Part shown: positions 8,199 to 17,105 of the stretch, in pieces
How positions within the stretch are numbered: the first letter of the stretch is position 1
Layout: the number at the start of each line of letters is the position of its first letter
NCBI GenBank assembly: GCA_029975745.1
Contig: JARKOL010000158.1
Location: forward strand, 1 to 51,746
DNA length: 51,746 bases
Direction of reading: 5' to 3'
Source: Myxococcota bacterium
Lineage (GTDB): Bacteria > Myxococcota_A > UBA9042 > DTJE01
The notes under the pieces: model-generated
What the model was told of the DNA's origin: nothing
Databases searched by the model: none
Seen by the model: only the letters and a program-made list of their open reading frames with translations
Position numbers and translations under genes: made by a program

Positions 8199-9023
8199 AT
8201 GAATCAATGCCCCGATTGCCGGATCCCGCTGAAGCCGGAATTCGCATTCTGCCCCGAGTGCGGTCGTCCCGCGGTGTCGATCTCCGAGGAAACGGCGGGT
8301 GCCGTCGATGAGCCGGTTGCCCCCCCGTCGGCCCCGGTGCCCCCGCCGGTCGCGCGTCCCTCGGTGGAGCGAACGACGTCCTTGCCGCGCTTGTTCCGCG
8401 CCATCCGGCTGTCGCGAGGCGGCGCGGGGACCACGCCGTACGACATTCCGGAGTCCGGACTGGTCATCGGTCGCGAAGCCGGGGACATCGTCATCGCCGA
8501 GGACCCGACGCTCTCGCCGCGGCATCTGGTCCTGCTTCCCGACGGCGAATCGGTCGTCGCCGAGGACGCGGGCAGCCTCAACGGGGTCTACCTGCGCATC
8601 CGCGAAGCGCGTCCGCTGGTGGACGGGGACTTCTTCGTGTGCGGCGATTCGGTGTTTCGACTGGCGCGAGGCGCGGCGATCCTGGATGACGAACGGATGC
8701 GCCTGTTCCAGGCTCCGGCCGAGGCCCCCGTCGCCGCGACGGTGACTCGGATTCTCGAGGATGGACGCGACGGCCAGGTGTTTTCGGTGCGCCGGTCCCC
8801 GTTCGTCTTTGGCCGCGAGGACGGCGATGCCCGGTTTCCGACGGACCGGTTCATGTCCCGGCGGCACGCCGAGATCCGGGTCACCGGCAGGGGCGTGGAA
8901 CTCGAGGATCTGGGCAGCCGGAACGGAACCTACGTTCGATGCGATGGGATGCTGCGGCTTGGCGACGGCGACATCGTGCTGATTGGACGACAACTCCTTC
9001 GGATCGAGGCGATAGCTCAGTGA
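8199..9023 (+). CDS. zinc-ribbon protein with two FHA domains
   Basis: N-terminal MNQCPDCRIPLKPEFAFCPECGRP (CxxC...CxxC). FHA 1: LVIGREAGDIVIAEDPTLSPRHLVL...GSLNGVYL. FHA 2: FVFGREDGDARFPTDRFMSRRHAEI...GSRNGTYV. The alternative TTG start at 8172 cannot be excluded. Confidence 0.75.
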   Translation: MNQCPDCRIPLKPEFAFCPECGRPAVSISEETAGAVDEPVAPPSAPVPPPVARPSVERTTSLPRLFRAIRLSRGGAGTTPYDIPESGLVIGREAGDIVIAEDPTLSPRHLVLLPDGESVVAEDAGSLNGVYLRIREARPLVDGDFFVCGDSVFRLARGAAILDDERMRLFQAPAEAPVAATVTRILEDGRDGQVFSVRRSPFVFGREDGDARFPTDRFMSRRHAEIRVTGRGVELEDLGSRNGTYVRCDGMLRLGDGDIVLIGRQLLRIEAIAQ

Positions 9024-9751
9024 CGAAAACTTCGGTGCCCGGGCCTCTGGACGCCCTCTCGATCGTGGTTCCCGCATTCAACGAAGCTCGCCGCATTGGC
9101 CCTACCCTTCGTCGAATCAGCGAGTACGGGCGCGAACATCTGGGGGTGTTCGAGATCCTGGTCGTGGATGACGGTTCGACCGACGGCACTGCCGACGTGG
9201 CCGCCTCGTTCGCCGACGGGTCCAACCACCTGCGGGTGATCCGGAATCCGGGCAATCGGGGCAAGGGCTATTCGGTGCGGTCCGGAGCCCTGGCGGCGCG
9301 TCATCCCTACGTGCTGCTTTCCGACGCGGACCTATCGACCCCGATCGAGGAGGTCGAACGTCTGGCCGTCCGGGCCGCGCCCGACGCGATCGTGATCGCG
9401 TCGCGGGGGCTGGCGGATTCGCGCCTGGAGGTCCGCCAGGCCTGGTATCGCGAGCACATGGGAAAGGTGTTCAACATCATTGTCCAGACGCTACTACTGC
9501 CTGGGGTTTCCGACTCCCAGTGCGGCTTCAAGCTGTTCGGCAGGACGGTGGTGGACCGGATCTTCCCGGAACTCCGGACCGAGCGCTTCGCGTTCGACGT
9601 CGAGTTGCTGGCGCGGGCGATCCGGCAGGGTTTCGCGGTTCACGAGGTGCCCGTCCGCTGGCGGAACGACGAGGGCACGCGCGTGGACCCGCTGAAGGAT
9701 TCGATGGTCATGCTGCGGGATGTCGTTTCTGTCTGGTGGATGTTGCGCTGA
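9020..9751 (+). CDS. family 2 glycosyltransferase (polyprenyl/dolichyl-phosphate hexosyltransferase-like)
   Basis: The GTG at 9020 overlaps the FHA gene stop (GTGA). Motifs seen: SIVVPAFNE, ILVVDDGSTDGT, NRGKG and LSDADLSTP (the DxD motif). Confidence 0.8.
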   Translation: MTKTSVPGPLDALSIVVPAFNEARRIGPTLRRISEYGREHLGVFEILVVDDGSTDGTADVAASFADGSNHLRVIRNPGNRGKGYSVRSGALAARHPYVLLSDADLSTPIEEVERLAVRAAPDAIVIASRGLADSRLEVRQAWYREHMGKVFNIIVQTLLLPGVSDSQCGFKLFGRTVVDRIFPELRTERFAFDVELLARAIRQGFAVHEVPVRWRNDEGTRVDPLKDSMVMLRDVVSVWWMLR

Positions 9752-9837
9752 ATCGGCGCGCCTGCCCGGATCGAGACCCCGCGGCATTGGAAGTGGCGGA
9801 CCGATAGGGCCCGCCCTTGAAGAGGACGAAACAAACC

Positions 9838-12441
9838 GTGTCTAGAAGAATCGTCGTTGCCGTGGACCCCTACGAGGCCAGGGCGGCCTTGCTGGAAGGG
9901 GATCGGCTGATCAATGTCGAGATCGAGAACGCCGCCGTCGGCAAGCGCAAGGGCAACGTCTATCGCGGCCGGGTCACGGCCGTCGAGCCCAGCCTGGATG
10001 CCGCGTTCGTGGACTACGGCGCCGGGAAGGACGGCTTCCTGCCGTTCGACGAAGTGGCCAATCGATCGCTGACCGACCTGACCGGTCACTCCCGGGCCAA
10101 CAACCGATCCGGCCTGAACTCGGGCGACTGGGTCCTGGTCCAGGTCACCAAGGAGGAGGTCGGCAAGAAGGGCGCGTCGCTGACCATGCACGTGTCCCTT
10201 CCGGGGCGATTCGTCGTGCTGATGCCCTTCTCGGACCGCACCGGCGTCAGCCGCAGACTGGGCGGCGAGGAACGCACCCGGCTGAAGCAGATTGCCCAGC
10301 AACTGGTGCTGCCCGAAGGCTTCGGGTGCATCGTCAGGACCGTCGGAGAGGACGAGCAGGTGGCCGAGATCCAGGGGGATCTGGAGCACCTGCTTCGGGC
10401 CTGGTACGAGATTGTCGATCGGTTCAAGGCGGCCAAGGGCACCGCCGAGGTGCATGCGGAGTCCGGGCTGGCGTTGCGGTTCGTTCGCGACTACATGTCG
10501 AACGACGTGACCGAGGTGCTGGTCGAGGACGACGCGTCCTTCACCGAACTCACCCGCTTCGTCGAGTCCCGGATGCCGCAGCGCAAGGGGCTGGTCAAGC
10601 GCTACACCGGGGAGCTGCCGCTGTTCGTCCGGTACGGCGTCGAGCGCCAGATCGATGCGCTGCTGGACAACCGGGTCGTGCTGCCCTCCGGCGGCAGCAT
10701 CGTCATCGGCCAGACCGAGGCCCTGGTGGCCATCGACGTCAACTCGGGGCGCCAGAAGCAGCGCGACATCGAGGACACCGCGTTCAAGGTGAACATCGAG
10801 GCGGCCCGGGAGCTTGCCCGCCAGTGCGTGCTTCGCGACCTGGGCGGCATCATCGTCGTCGATTTCATCGACATGGAGAACGAGGGACATCGCCGCGCCG
10901 TCGAGGACGAGCTGAAGGCGGCCTTCGCGATCGACAAGGCCCGCCTGACGTTCACCAAGATCCAGGAGTTCGGGCTGCTGTGCTTCTCGCGCCAGCGCAT
11001 CCGGCAGGCCGTTGATTCCGGTGTCACCCTTCCCTGCCCCGCGTGCTCGGGAAGCGGTCGTGTCCGGTCGCCCGCGCTGCTGGCCATGTCGGCGCTGCGG
11101 AAGATCCGCGAGCGCCTGGCGATGCAGGGGCAGCGCGCCGCCTACCTCGAGGTCACGGTCCCGGTCGAGGTCGCGAACTTCCTGAACAACCGGAAGCGCG
11201 AGGCCCTGGCCGGCCTCGAAAGTCGTCACGAAGTGATGATCGACATCCTGGGCGACTCGGACGCGTTGCCCGACGACATCCGGGTCACCGTGCTGGGCGA
11301 GGTGCCCTCCGAGCGCGCGACGCGTCGGCAGCCCGCCGAGTCGGGTGCCACCGGGCCGTCCACCGGGCGGGCGCCCGCTCCCGTTCGCTCGGCCATTCGC
11401 GCTCCCGAGGCCGCGCCGGCCCTGCCTCCGGCAGCCGCGCAGGTCGTCGTGCCTTCGCGGATGCCCGACAACGTCCCCGTGGCCACCCGTTCTCCGGGGC
11501 GCGAACGCTCGTTCTTCCGGGGACTGATCAGTCGGTTCCTTGGGCTGGAAGAGCTCGAGGAGGTCCCCGCGACGCCGCAGGCGCCCCAGCGGCTGCCCGC
11601 GCCCCCGGTGCCCCCTGCGCCCCCGCCGGCCGTCGAGCCGCCTCCCGCGCCGAGGCCGGTCCAGTCCCGGCAGGCGGCGGCCGACCGTTCCCGTGCGCAG
11701 GCGCCCCAGCGCTCCCGGCCCCCGGCCCCCCAGGTCGCGCGCGGATCGTCCGGAGGCTCCAGGCCGGCGCCGGCACAGGGCGCTGCACCCGCTGCCGCCA
11801 GGCAGGCTCCCGTGAAGTCCGTCGTGCCCGCCGAGGCGGCGAAGCCCGCAGTGCCCGCCGAGCCGGTGAAGCCCGCCGGCACGCCGTCCGGAAGTCCGGC
11901 TGCGAATGTGCCTGTCCCCGCGTCCGGCAGCAGCGACGGCTTGACGAAGAGCGCGAAGCGTCGGCGCCGGCGCCGACGCAACCTGGAGCAGGCCTCTGTT
12001 GGTGGCGCCGCGGCGATCGATCAGACGCCCGACGCCCCGCCCGAGTCGGCTCCCAAGCCCTCTCCGACGCCATCGGTGACGTCGCCCGCGGAGGTCGTCG
12101 CGGCGGACGCCCCGGCCGCCGAATCCCCGAAGAAGCGCACCCGCTCGCGTTCCCGGAAGCCCAAGGCGCCTGTCGCATCCCTGCCTCAGGAAGGCGTGAA
12201 CGCGGCGCCCTCCGGAAACGAGCTGCCGGCGCCTCCCGTTCCCGCGCCGCGGATCGAGCCGCCGGCTCCCCCGGTGTCGCCAGCGCCTCCGGTGGTGCCG
12301 GTGCCGCCCGCGCCGCCCGCGAAGGACGTCGCCGAGCAGCCGACGCCCAGGAAGCCGCGGACGCCGCGCCCCCGGAAACCGAAGGTGACGACGACGACCG
12401 CCGAATCGGCGACCGCGCCGACCGAGCCCACGAAGGAGTGA
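9838..12441 (+). CDS. rne: ribonuclease E with a long Pro/Ala/Arg-rich disordered C-terminal domain
   Basis: S1 domain GNVYRGRVTAVEPSLDAAFVDYG, catalytic AIDVNSGR, and Zn-link CPACSGSGRV. Residues after about 500 are low-complexity P/A/R and include KRRRRRRRN. The GTG at 9838 aligns best with E. coli Rne/Rng N-termini. The TTG at 9817 (ORF track) is the alternative. Confidence 0.85.
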   Translation: MSRRIVVAVDPYEARAALLEGDRLINVEIENAAVGKRKGNVYRGRVTAVEPSLDAAFVDYGAGKDGFLPFDEVANRSLTDLTGHSRANNRSGLNSGDWVLVQVTKEEVGKKGASLTMHVSLPGRFVVLMPFSDRTGVSRRLGGEERTRLKQIAQQLVLPEGFGCIVRTVGEDEQVAEIQGDLEHLLRAWYEIVDRFKAAKGTAEVHAESGLALRFVRDYMSNDVTEVLVEDDASFTELTRFVESRMPQRKGLVKRYTGELPLFVRYGVERQIDALLDNRVVLPSGGSIVIGQTEALVAIDVNSGRQKQRDIEDTAFKVNIEAARELARQCVLRDLGGIIVVDFIDMENEGHRRAVEDELKAAFAIDKARLTFTKIQEFGLLCFSRQRIRQAVDSGVTLPCPACSGSGRVRSPALLAMSALRKIRERLAMQGQRAAYLEVTVPVEVANFLNNRKREALAGLESRHEVMIDILGDSDALPDDIRVTVLGEVPSERATRRQPAESGATGPSTGRAPAPVRSAIRAPEAAPALPPAAAQVVVPSRMPDNVPVATRSPGRERSFFRGLISRFLGLEELEEVPATPQAPQRLPAPPVPPAPPPAVEPPPAPRPVQSRQAAADRSRAQAPQRSRPPAPQVARGSSGGSRPAPAQGAAPAAARQAPVKSVVPAEAAKPAVPAEPVKPAGTPSGSPAANVPVPASGSSDGLTKSAKRRRRRRRNLEQASVGGAAAIDQTPDAPPESAPKPSPTPSVTSPAEVVAADAPAAESPKKRTRSRSRKPKAPVASLPQEGVNAAPSGNELPAPPVPAPRIEPPAPPVSPAPPVVPVPPAPPAKDVAEQPTPRKPRTPRPRKPKVTTTTAESATAPTEPTKE

Positions 12442-12480
12442 ACCCGCCGGCCGACTGCCGGTCGTCGAATGGAGAGCGAG

Positions 12481-13755
12481 ATGCTGGACATCAGGATGGT
12501 TCTGGAGAACCTGGACGCCGTCGCGGCACGGCTGGCGCTGCGCGGCGGGGCGATCGATCTGGAGCCCTTGCGGAATCTGGCCGCCGAGCGGCGCACCCTG
12601 GTGACCTCGCGAGACACGCTGCGAGCCGACCAGAAGCGTCTGAGCGAGGGGTTCAAGCAGGGGGGGCTGACCCCGGAGGACCGCGAACGCGTTCGCGCCG
12701 AGAGCAAGGCGCTGGGCACCCGGATTACCGCGGTCGAGGCGCGTCTGTCCGAGGTCGAGTCGGCGCTCCAGGACATTCTGTTGAACACGCCGAACCTGCC
12801 TCACGAATCGACGCCGGCCGGCGCGTCTGCGGACGACAATGTGGTGGTCCGGAGCTGGGGCACCCCGCGCGTCTTTCCCTTCAAGGCCCTCGAGCACTGG
12901 GAGCTTGGGGAACGCCTGGGCATCCTGGACTTCGAGGCCGCCCGCAAGATTTCGGGCGCGCGGTTCGTGGTCTATCGCGGGGCCGGAGCGCGTCTGGAAC
13001 GCGCCTTGGCGTCGTTCATGCTGGACCTTCACGTCGGGGAACACGGCTACACCGAAATCCTGCCGCCCTATCTGGTCAACGAGGCCAGCATGATCGGCAC
13101 CGGGCAGTTGCCGAAGTTTCGCGAGGAAGCTTACGTGGCGACCGACGACCTGTACCTGATCCCGACGGCCGAGGTGCCGGTGACCAACCTGCACCGCGAC
13201 GAGATCCTGGACGCGTCCCGCCTGCCCATCTGCTACGCGGCATATTCCGCGTGCTTCCGGCGCGAGGCGGGTTCGTATGGGCGGGACGTCAAGGGCATGA
13301 CCCGGGTACACCAGTTCCAGAAGGTCGAACTGGTCAAGTTCACCACGCCCGAGTCTTCCTACGAGGCGCACGAGCAACTGGTCGCCAATGCCGAGGAGGT
13401 GCTTCGGCGGCTGGAACTGCCCTATCAGGTAGTGGCCCTGTGTTCCGGCGATCTGGGCTTCTCGGCCGCCAAGTGCTACGACATCGAGGTCCACCTGCCG
13501 GGCCAGGGGGCGTTCCGCGAGATTTCGTCGTGCAGCAACTTCGAAGACTTCCAGGCTCGTCGCGCCGGCATTCGCTATCGCCCGGCGCCGGGCGAGAAGC
13601 CCCGCTTCGTCCACACGCTGAATGGTTCCGCCCTCGCGGTGGGCAGGACGGTCATCGCGGTCCTCGAGAACGGCCAGCAGGAGGACGGGTCGATCGTCAT
13701 TCCCGAGGCCCTTCGTCCCTACATGGGCGGCCTGTCCGTGATCCGTCCCGAGTAG
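12481..13755 (+). CDS. serS: seryl-tRNA synthetase
   Basis: The ATG at 12481 is preceded by GGAGA at 5-nt spacing and gives [14 protein letters not shown], a typical SerS N-terminus. Class II motif 2 is [26 protein letters not shown] and motif 3 is [16 protein letters not shown]. Confidence 0.9.
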   Translation: MLDIRMVLENLDAVAARLALRGGAIDLEPLRNLAAERRTLVTSRDTLRADQKRLSEGFKQGGLTPEDRERVRAESKALGTRITAVEARLSEVESALQDILLNTPNLPHESTPAGASADDNVVVRSWGTPRVFPFKALEHWELGERLGILDFEAARKISGARFVVYRGAGARLERALASFMLDLHVGEHGYTEILPPYLVNEASMIGTGQLPKFREEAYVATDDLYLIPTAEVPVTNLHRDEILDASRLPICYAAYSACFRREAGSYGRDVKGMTRVHQFQKVELVKFTTPESSYEAHEQLVANAEEVLRRLELPYQVVALCSGDLGFSAAKCYDIEVHLPGQGAFREISSCSNFEDFQARRAGIRYRPAPGEKPRFVHTLNGSALAVGRTVIAVLENGQQEDGSIVIPEALRPYMGGLSVIRPE

Positions 13756-13773
13756 TCCGCGGGCCGATTTCGC

Positions 13774-13802
13774 TTGCCTACACCCTTCCCCTGTGCTACT
13801 GT
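13774..13802 (+). promoter_or_regulatory. putative promoter of tRNA-Arg: TTGCCT-17-(TGc)TACTGT
   Basis: -35 at 13774..13779, extended TG at 13794..13795, -10 at 13797..13802. The predicted TSS is about 9 nt before the tRNA 5' end. Confidence 0.45.
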
Positions 13803-13818
13803 CCGCCCCGCGTTGACC

Positions 13819-13892
13819 GGGCGAGTAGCTCAGCTGGATAGAGCGTTGGTCTCCGGAACCAAAGGCCGTGGGTTCGAATCCCGCCTCGCCCA
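13819..13892 (+). tRNA. tRNA-Arg (anticodon CCG)
   Basis: A 74-nt cloverleaf folded by hand. Acceptor GGGCGAG/CTCGCCC plus discriminator A. D arm GCTC-AGCTGGATA-GAGC. Anticodon arm TTGGT-CTCCGGA-ACCAA (anticodon CCG). Variable loop AGGCC. T arm GTGGG-TTCGAAT-CCCGC. The 3' CCA is not fully encoded (ACCG). Confidence 0.9.
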
Positions 13893-13977
13893 CCGGAAGT
13901 GCCCAGCCCCGCGTTGCGACGGGCGCTGACCCGCCGCCGTTGATCGGACCCTGCACCATCGAGAGGGCCAGTCAGAA

Positions 13978-15270
13978 ATGCCGAACAACATCACGATCGT
14001 CGGAATCCAATGGGGGGACGAAGGCAAGGGCAAGATCACCGACTTGCTGGCCGGGGACGCCGCTGCGGTCATCCGCTACCAGGGGGGCGCGAACGCCGGG
14101 CATACCGTCGTTGTCGAAGGTCGCCGAATCGTCCTGCACCAGATCCCGTCGGGCATCCTGAACCCGGAATCGCTGTGCGTCATCGGACCTGCCGTCGTTA
14201 TCGACCCCGAGACGCTGATCCAGGAGGCCGAGTCCCTGCGGGTTCACGACATCGCCGTCACGCCCGAGCGCTTGGCGATCAGTCGGTCCGCGCACGTCGT
14301 GCTGCCGTTCCACAAGCGGCTGGACGCCCTGCGGGAGGCCTCGCGCGGGGCCGCCAAAATCGGAACCACGGGGCGCGGCATCGGGCCGGCCTACGAGGAT
14401 CTGTTCGCGCGCACCGGCATTCGGATGATGGACTTCTGCGAGCCGGACCGGCTGGTCACGGCGCTTCGACGCGTCCTGCCGGAACGGAATCTGCTGATCA
14501 CGCACCTGGGTGGCGAGCCGTTCGACGCCGAGCAGATGACCGAGGCCACCATCGAGCAGGGGCGCGCCCTGGCTCCCTACCTGCGGGACGTCGGCGCCGC
14601 GGTCCACGACGTGCTGTCCTCGGGGCGGCGGGTGCTGTTCGAGTCGGCGCAGGGCACGCTGCTGGACGTGCTGCATGGCACCTATCCGTTCGTGACGTCG
14701 TCATTGACGACCGCTCCCGCGGCGTTCCCGTTGCTGGGCGTCGGCGTGCCCGAACATCGCCGCGTGCTGGGCGTGGTCAAGGCGTACACCACGCGCGTGG
14801 GTGCCGGCCCGTTCCCGACCGAGGACCCGGGCTCGATTGGGCAGCGACTTCGGGATGTTGGGGGTGAGTACGGCGCGACCACCGGACGGCCCCGTCGCTG
14901 CGGGTTCCTTTACCTGCCCGCCTTGCGCTACGCGATTCGGGTGAACGGCGTTACCGGCCTTGCCGTGACCAAGCTGGACGTGCTGTCCGGTCTCGCCGAG
15001 ATGCCGGTCTGCCATGCCTACCGCTTCGGCGGCGACGTCGTGAACACCATCCACCCCGAGCATTTCGAGGACCCCGCGTTGACCCCGCTGTACGAGACGT
15101 GGGAGGGCTGGTCCGAGGATCTGTCCGCCGCGCGGAGCCTGACGGACCTGCCCGCGGCCGCACGCACCTTCCTGGATCGCCTGTCCGCGGCGCTCGAGGT
15201 TCCGGTCGTGCTGGTCTCCACCGGTTCCGGCCGCGAGGCCACGATCTTCGCGCAGGATCCTTGGGCCTGA
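13978..15270 (+). CDS. purA: adenylosuccinate synthetase
   Basis: Motifs seen: GIQWGDEGKGK (P-loop), GGANAGHTV, TTGRGIGPAYEDL and GATTGRPRRCG. Confidence 0.92.
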   Translation: MPNNITIVGIQWGDEGKGKITDLLAGDAAAVIRYQGGANAGHTVVVEGRRIVLHQIPSGILNPESLCVIGPAVVIDPETLIQEAESLRVHDIAVTPERLAISRSAHVVLPFHKRLDALREASRGAAKIGTTGRGIGPAYEDLFARTGIRMMDFCEPDRLVTALRRVLPERNLLITHLGGEPFDAEQMTEATIEQGRALAPYLRDVGAAVHDVLSSGRRVLFESAQGTLLDVLHGTYPFVTSSLTTAPAAFPLLGVGVPEHRRVLGVVKAYTTRVGAGPFPTEDPGSIGQRLRDVGGEYGATTGRPRRCGFLYLPALRYAIRVNGVTGLAVTKLDVLSGLAEMPVCHAYRFGGDVVNTIHPEHFEDPALTPLYETWEGWSEDLSAARSLTDLPAAARTFLDRLSAALEVPVVLVSTGSGREATIFAQDPWA

Positions 15271-15289
15271 GCCCTCCGTCTGGTACACT
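15261..15289 (+). promoter_or_regulatory. putative promoter TTGGGC-17-(TGg)TACACT for the HD-GYP gene
   Basis: -35 at 15261..15266 (overlapping the purA stop), extended TG at 15281..15282, -10 at 15284..15289. Confidence 0.35.
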
Positions 15290-15322
15290 CTGGCTCGGGA
15301 TCCGAAGCGCCTGGAGCACCGC

Positions 15323-16402
15323 GTGTCCGACCCCACCAAGAACGGTTCCGAAGCGATCGCCGGCGCGATGCATCACGTCGTTTCGACGTTTCACGTGCTG
15401 GCCGTCGCCGAGCCGACCACCGCCCGCAAACTGTCCCAGATTCTGGGCCCCTTCGGGTATCGGCTGCAGATTGCCAACAGTGGCGCCGAGGCGGTCCAGT
15501 CCATTGCGGACGAGGCGCCCGAAGTCGTGATCATCTCGGGAACCCTGCCCCGGCAGGAGGGCTTCTCACTGCTGCGGACCTTGCGGACCAGTCGCGCCAC
15601 CGAGGAGCTTCCCGTGATGTTCCTGGCGGATTCCTCCGCCGACCAGGAGGTGCGGGCCTATCAATTGGGGGCCGAGGACGTCTGCAGCGGCGCGACCAGC
15701 GAGGTCGCAATCCGCGCCCGGCTGCGGGTGCTGCTGCGCATGGCGGCCTACCGGCGACGCCTGGGCAACGAGAAGCGGCGCCTGGAGCTGAAGGTTGCCG
15801 ACCGCACGCGGGAACTGTTCGAGATCACCATTGCCACCGTCGCCGCCCTGGAGAAGGCGACCGAGTTGTCCGACCAGGAGACCGGACAGCACATGATCCG
15901 GGTCGCATCCTACTCGGCTTGCATCGCGGACCAGATGAACATCGGTTCGGAACTGGTGGACAAGATTCGTCTTTACGCGCCGCTGCATGATGTCGGGAAG
16001 GTGGGCGTGCGGCACGAGATCCTGAAGAAGGAAGGCATCCTGACCCGCGCCGAGTTCGAGGAGATGAAGCAGCACACGCTCTATGGCCACGAGCTTCTGG
16101 CGGCCGCGCGGGCGGACATCGTCGCGCGCAACATCGCCCTGTCGCACCACGAGCGTGTCGATGGCAGCGGCTACCCTCACGGATTGTCCGGGGATCGCAT
16201 CCCGATTGAGGCCCGCATCGTGGCCGCCGCCGACGTGTTCGATGCCCTGACGACGCGAAGGCGCTACAAGGACGCCATGTCCCCCGATGATGCGCTTCTG
16301 ATGATCACCGTGGAACTGGCGGGGCGCTTCGACCCGTCCGTGTCCCAGGCGATTCGCCAACGCTACCCGGACATGCTCGACATCCTTCACAGCTACTCTT
16401 GA
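15323..16402 (+). CDS. HD-GYP phosphodiesterase with a degenerate (pseudo) receiver domain
   Basis: The REC-like N-terminus lacks the acidic pocket and phospho-acceptor: VLAVAEPT replaces ..VVDD.., VVIISGTLPRQEG replaces ..LLDxxMPxMDG, and no conserved Lys (GAEDVCSGA). The C-terminus has intact HD (PLHDVGKVGV) and HHERVDGSGYP motifs. Confidence 0.8.
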   Translation: MSDPTKNGSEAIAGAMHHVVSTFHVLAVAEPTTARKLSQILGPFGYRLQIANSGAEAVQSIADEAPEVVIISGTLPRQEGFSLLRTLRTSRATEELPVMFLADSSADQEVRAYQLGAEDVCSGATSEVAIRARLRVLLRMAAYRRRLGNEKRRLELKVADRTRELFEITIATVAALEKATELSDQETGQHMIRVASYSACIADQMNIGSELVDKIRLYAPLHDVGKVGVRHEILKKEGILTRAEFEEMKQHTLYGHELLAAARADIVARNIALSHHERVDGSGYPHGLSGDRIPIEARIVAAADVFDALTTRRRYKDAMSPDDALLMITVELAGRFDPSVSQAIRQRYPDMLDILHSYS

Positions 16403-16418
16403 AGGGGGCATCCGAACG

Positions 16419-17081
16419 ATGAACGCGACGACCTCGCGCGCTGCCGACACCTGGACGCCGGATGTTTCGGGCATGCTGCTGCGCCTTCCGCAGGATCGGG
16501 AGGCATGGCTTGCGATGCGGAAGGCCGCGCAGGACGCGAAGTCGGCGGAATCGTCTTTCGCCCGCGCCTTGGCCGACTGCCTGGCGGCTCTGCGGGACCG
16601 GGCAACCGCGGCTCGGGCTGCCGCGGAAACGGTCCTCCAGGAGCCCGAGGTCGAGGTCGCCGCGCCCGAGCCTCCTGCCCCGGGCGCCTCGTGGGCCGCC
16701 CCCGAGCGAGCCTTGTACAGCGATCTGTTGGCACTGTTCGAGCTTGGGGATTCGCAGGGCGCCATGACCTCGCTGGAACGCCTGTGGATGCTGTCGCCCG
16801 ATGCGGCGGACCTGTCGGCGTTTCTGTCCAAGAACCAGGATCTTCTGATCCGGATCTACCGCGAGGCGCTGGGCTCCCTGGATCGCGTCCCGGTGCCCCG
16901 CAAGGATCGGGCACCGGTTCGTGTGCCGGCGGCGCGCCCGTCGATCATGATGGACGTGCTCCGGCTCTGCGACGGCCATCGAAAGCTCAAGGAGATCGTT
17001 CGCAAGTCGCGAATTGGTGAACTGAACACCCTGCTGACGGTTTCGCACCTGTCGCGTTCAGGGTTCGTCGAACTGTCCTGA
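16419..17081 (+). CDS. hypothetical protein (Ala-rich N-terminus; C-terminal about 45-aa module resembling the tail of the adjacent kinase)
   Basis: 220 aa, starting 16 nt after the HD-GYP stop. The C-terminus IMMDVLRLCDGHRKLKEIVRKSRIGELNTLLTVSHLSRSGFVEL parallels the kinase tail VRIVNLLDAHPTINGLLKAIPQGADSIATAHRIVFLLVECGVYQF. The similarity was judged by eye only. Confidence 0.5.
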   Translation: MNATTSRAADTWTPDVSGMLLRLPQDREAWLAMRKAAQDAKSAESSFARALADCLAALRDRATAARAAAETVLQEPEVEVAAPEPPAPGASWAAPERALYSDLLALFELGDSQGAMTSLERLWMLSPDAADLSAFLSKNQDLLIRIYREALGSLDRVPVPRKDRAPVRVPAARPSIMMDVLRLCDGHRKLKEIVRKSRIGELNTLLTVSHLSRSGFVELS

Positions 17082-17105
17082 CGGGCCTCCATTGTTGGAC
17101 AGAGC

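Noticed and set aside
9640-13959. A 1439-aa minus-strand ORF, the longest in the window, running antisense through rne, serS and the tRNA-Arg gene
   Set aside because: The translation is R/G/L/Q/D-rich low-complexity sequence with no recognisable motifs. The opposite strand encodes unmistakable RNase E, SerS and a tRNA. Long stop-free antisense frames are expected in DNA this GC-rich.
13819-13977. tRNA-Arg considered as a genomic-island integration site
   Set aside because: There is no integrase or recombinase gene, and I saw no direct repeat of the tRNA 3' end downstream. The flanking genes (serS, purA) are core housekeeping.
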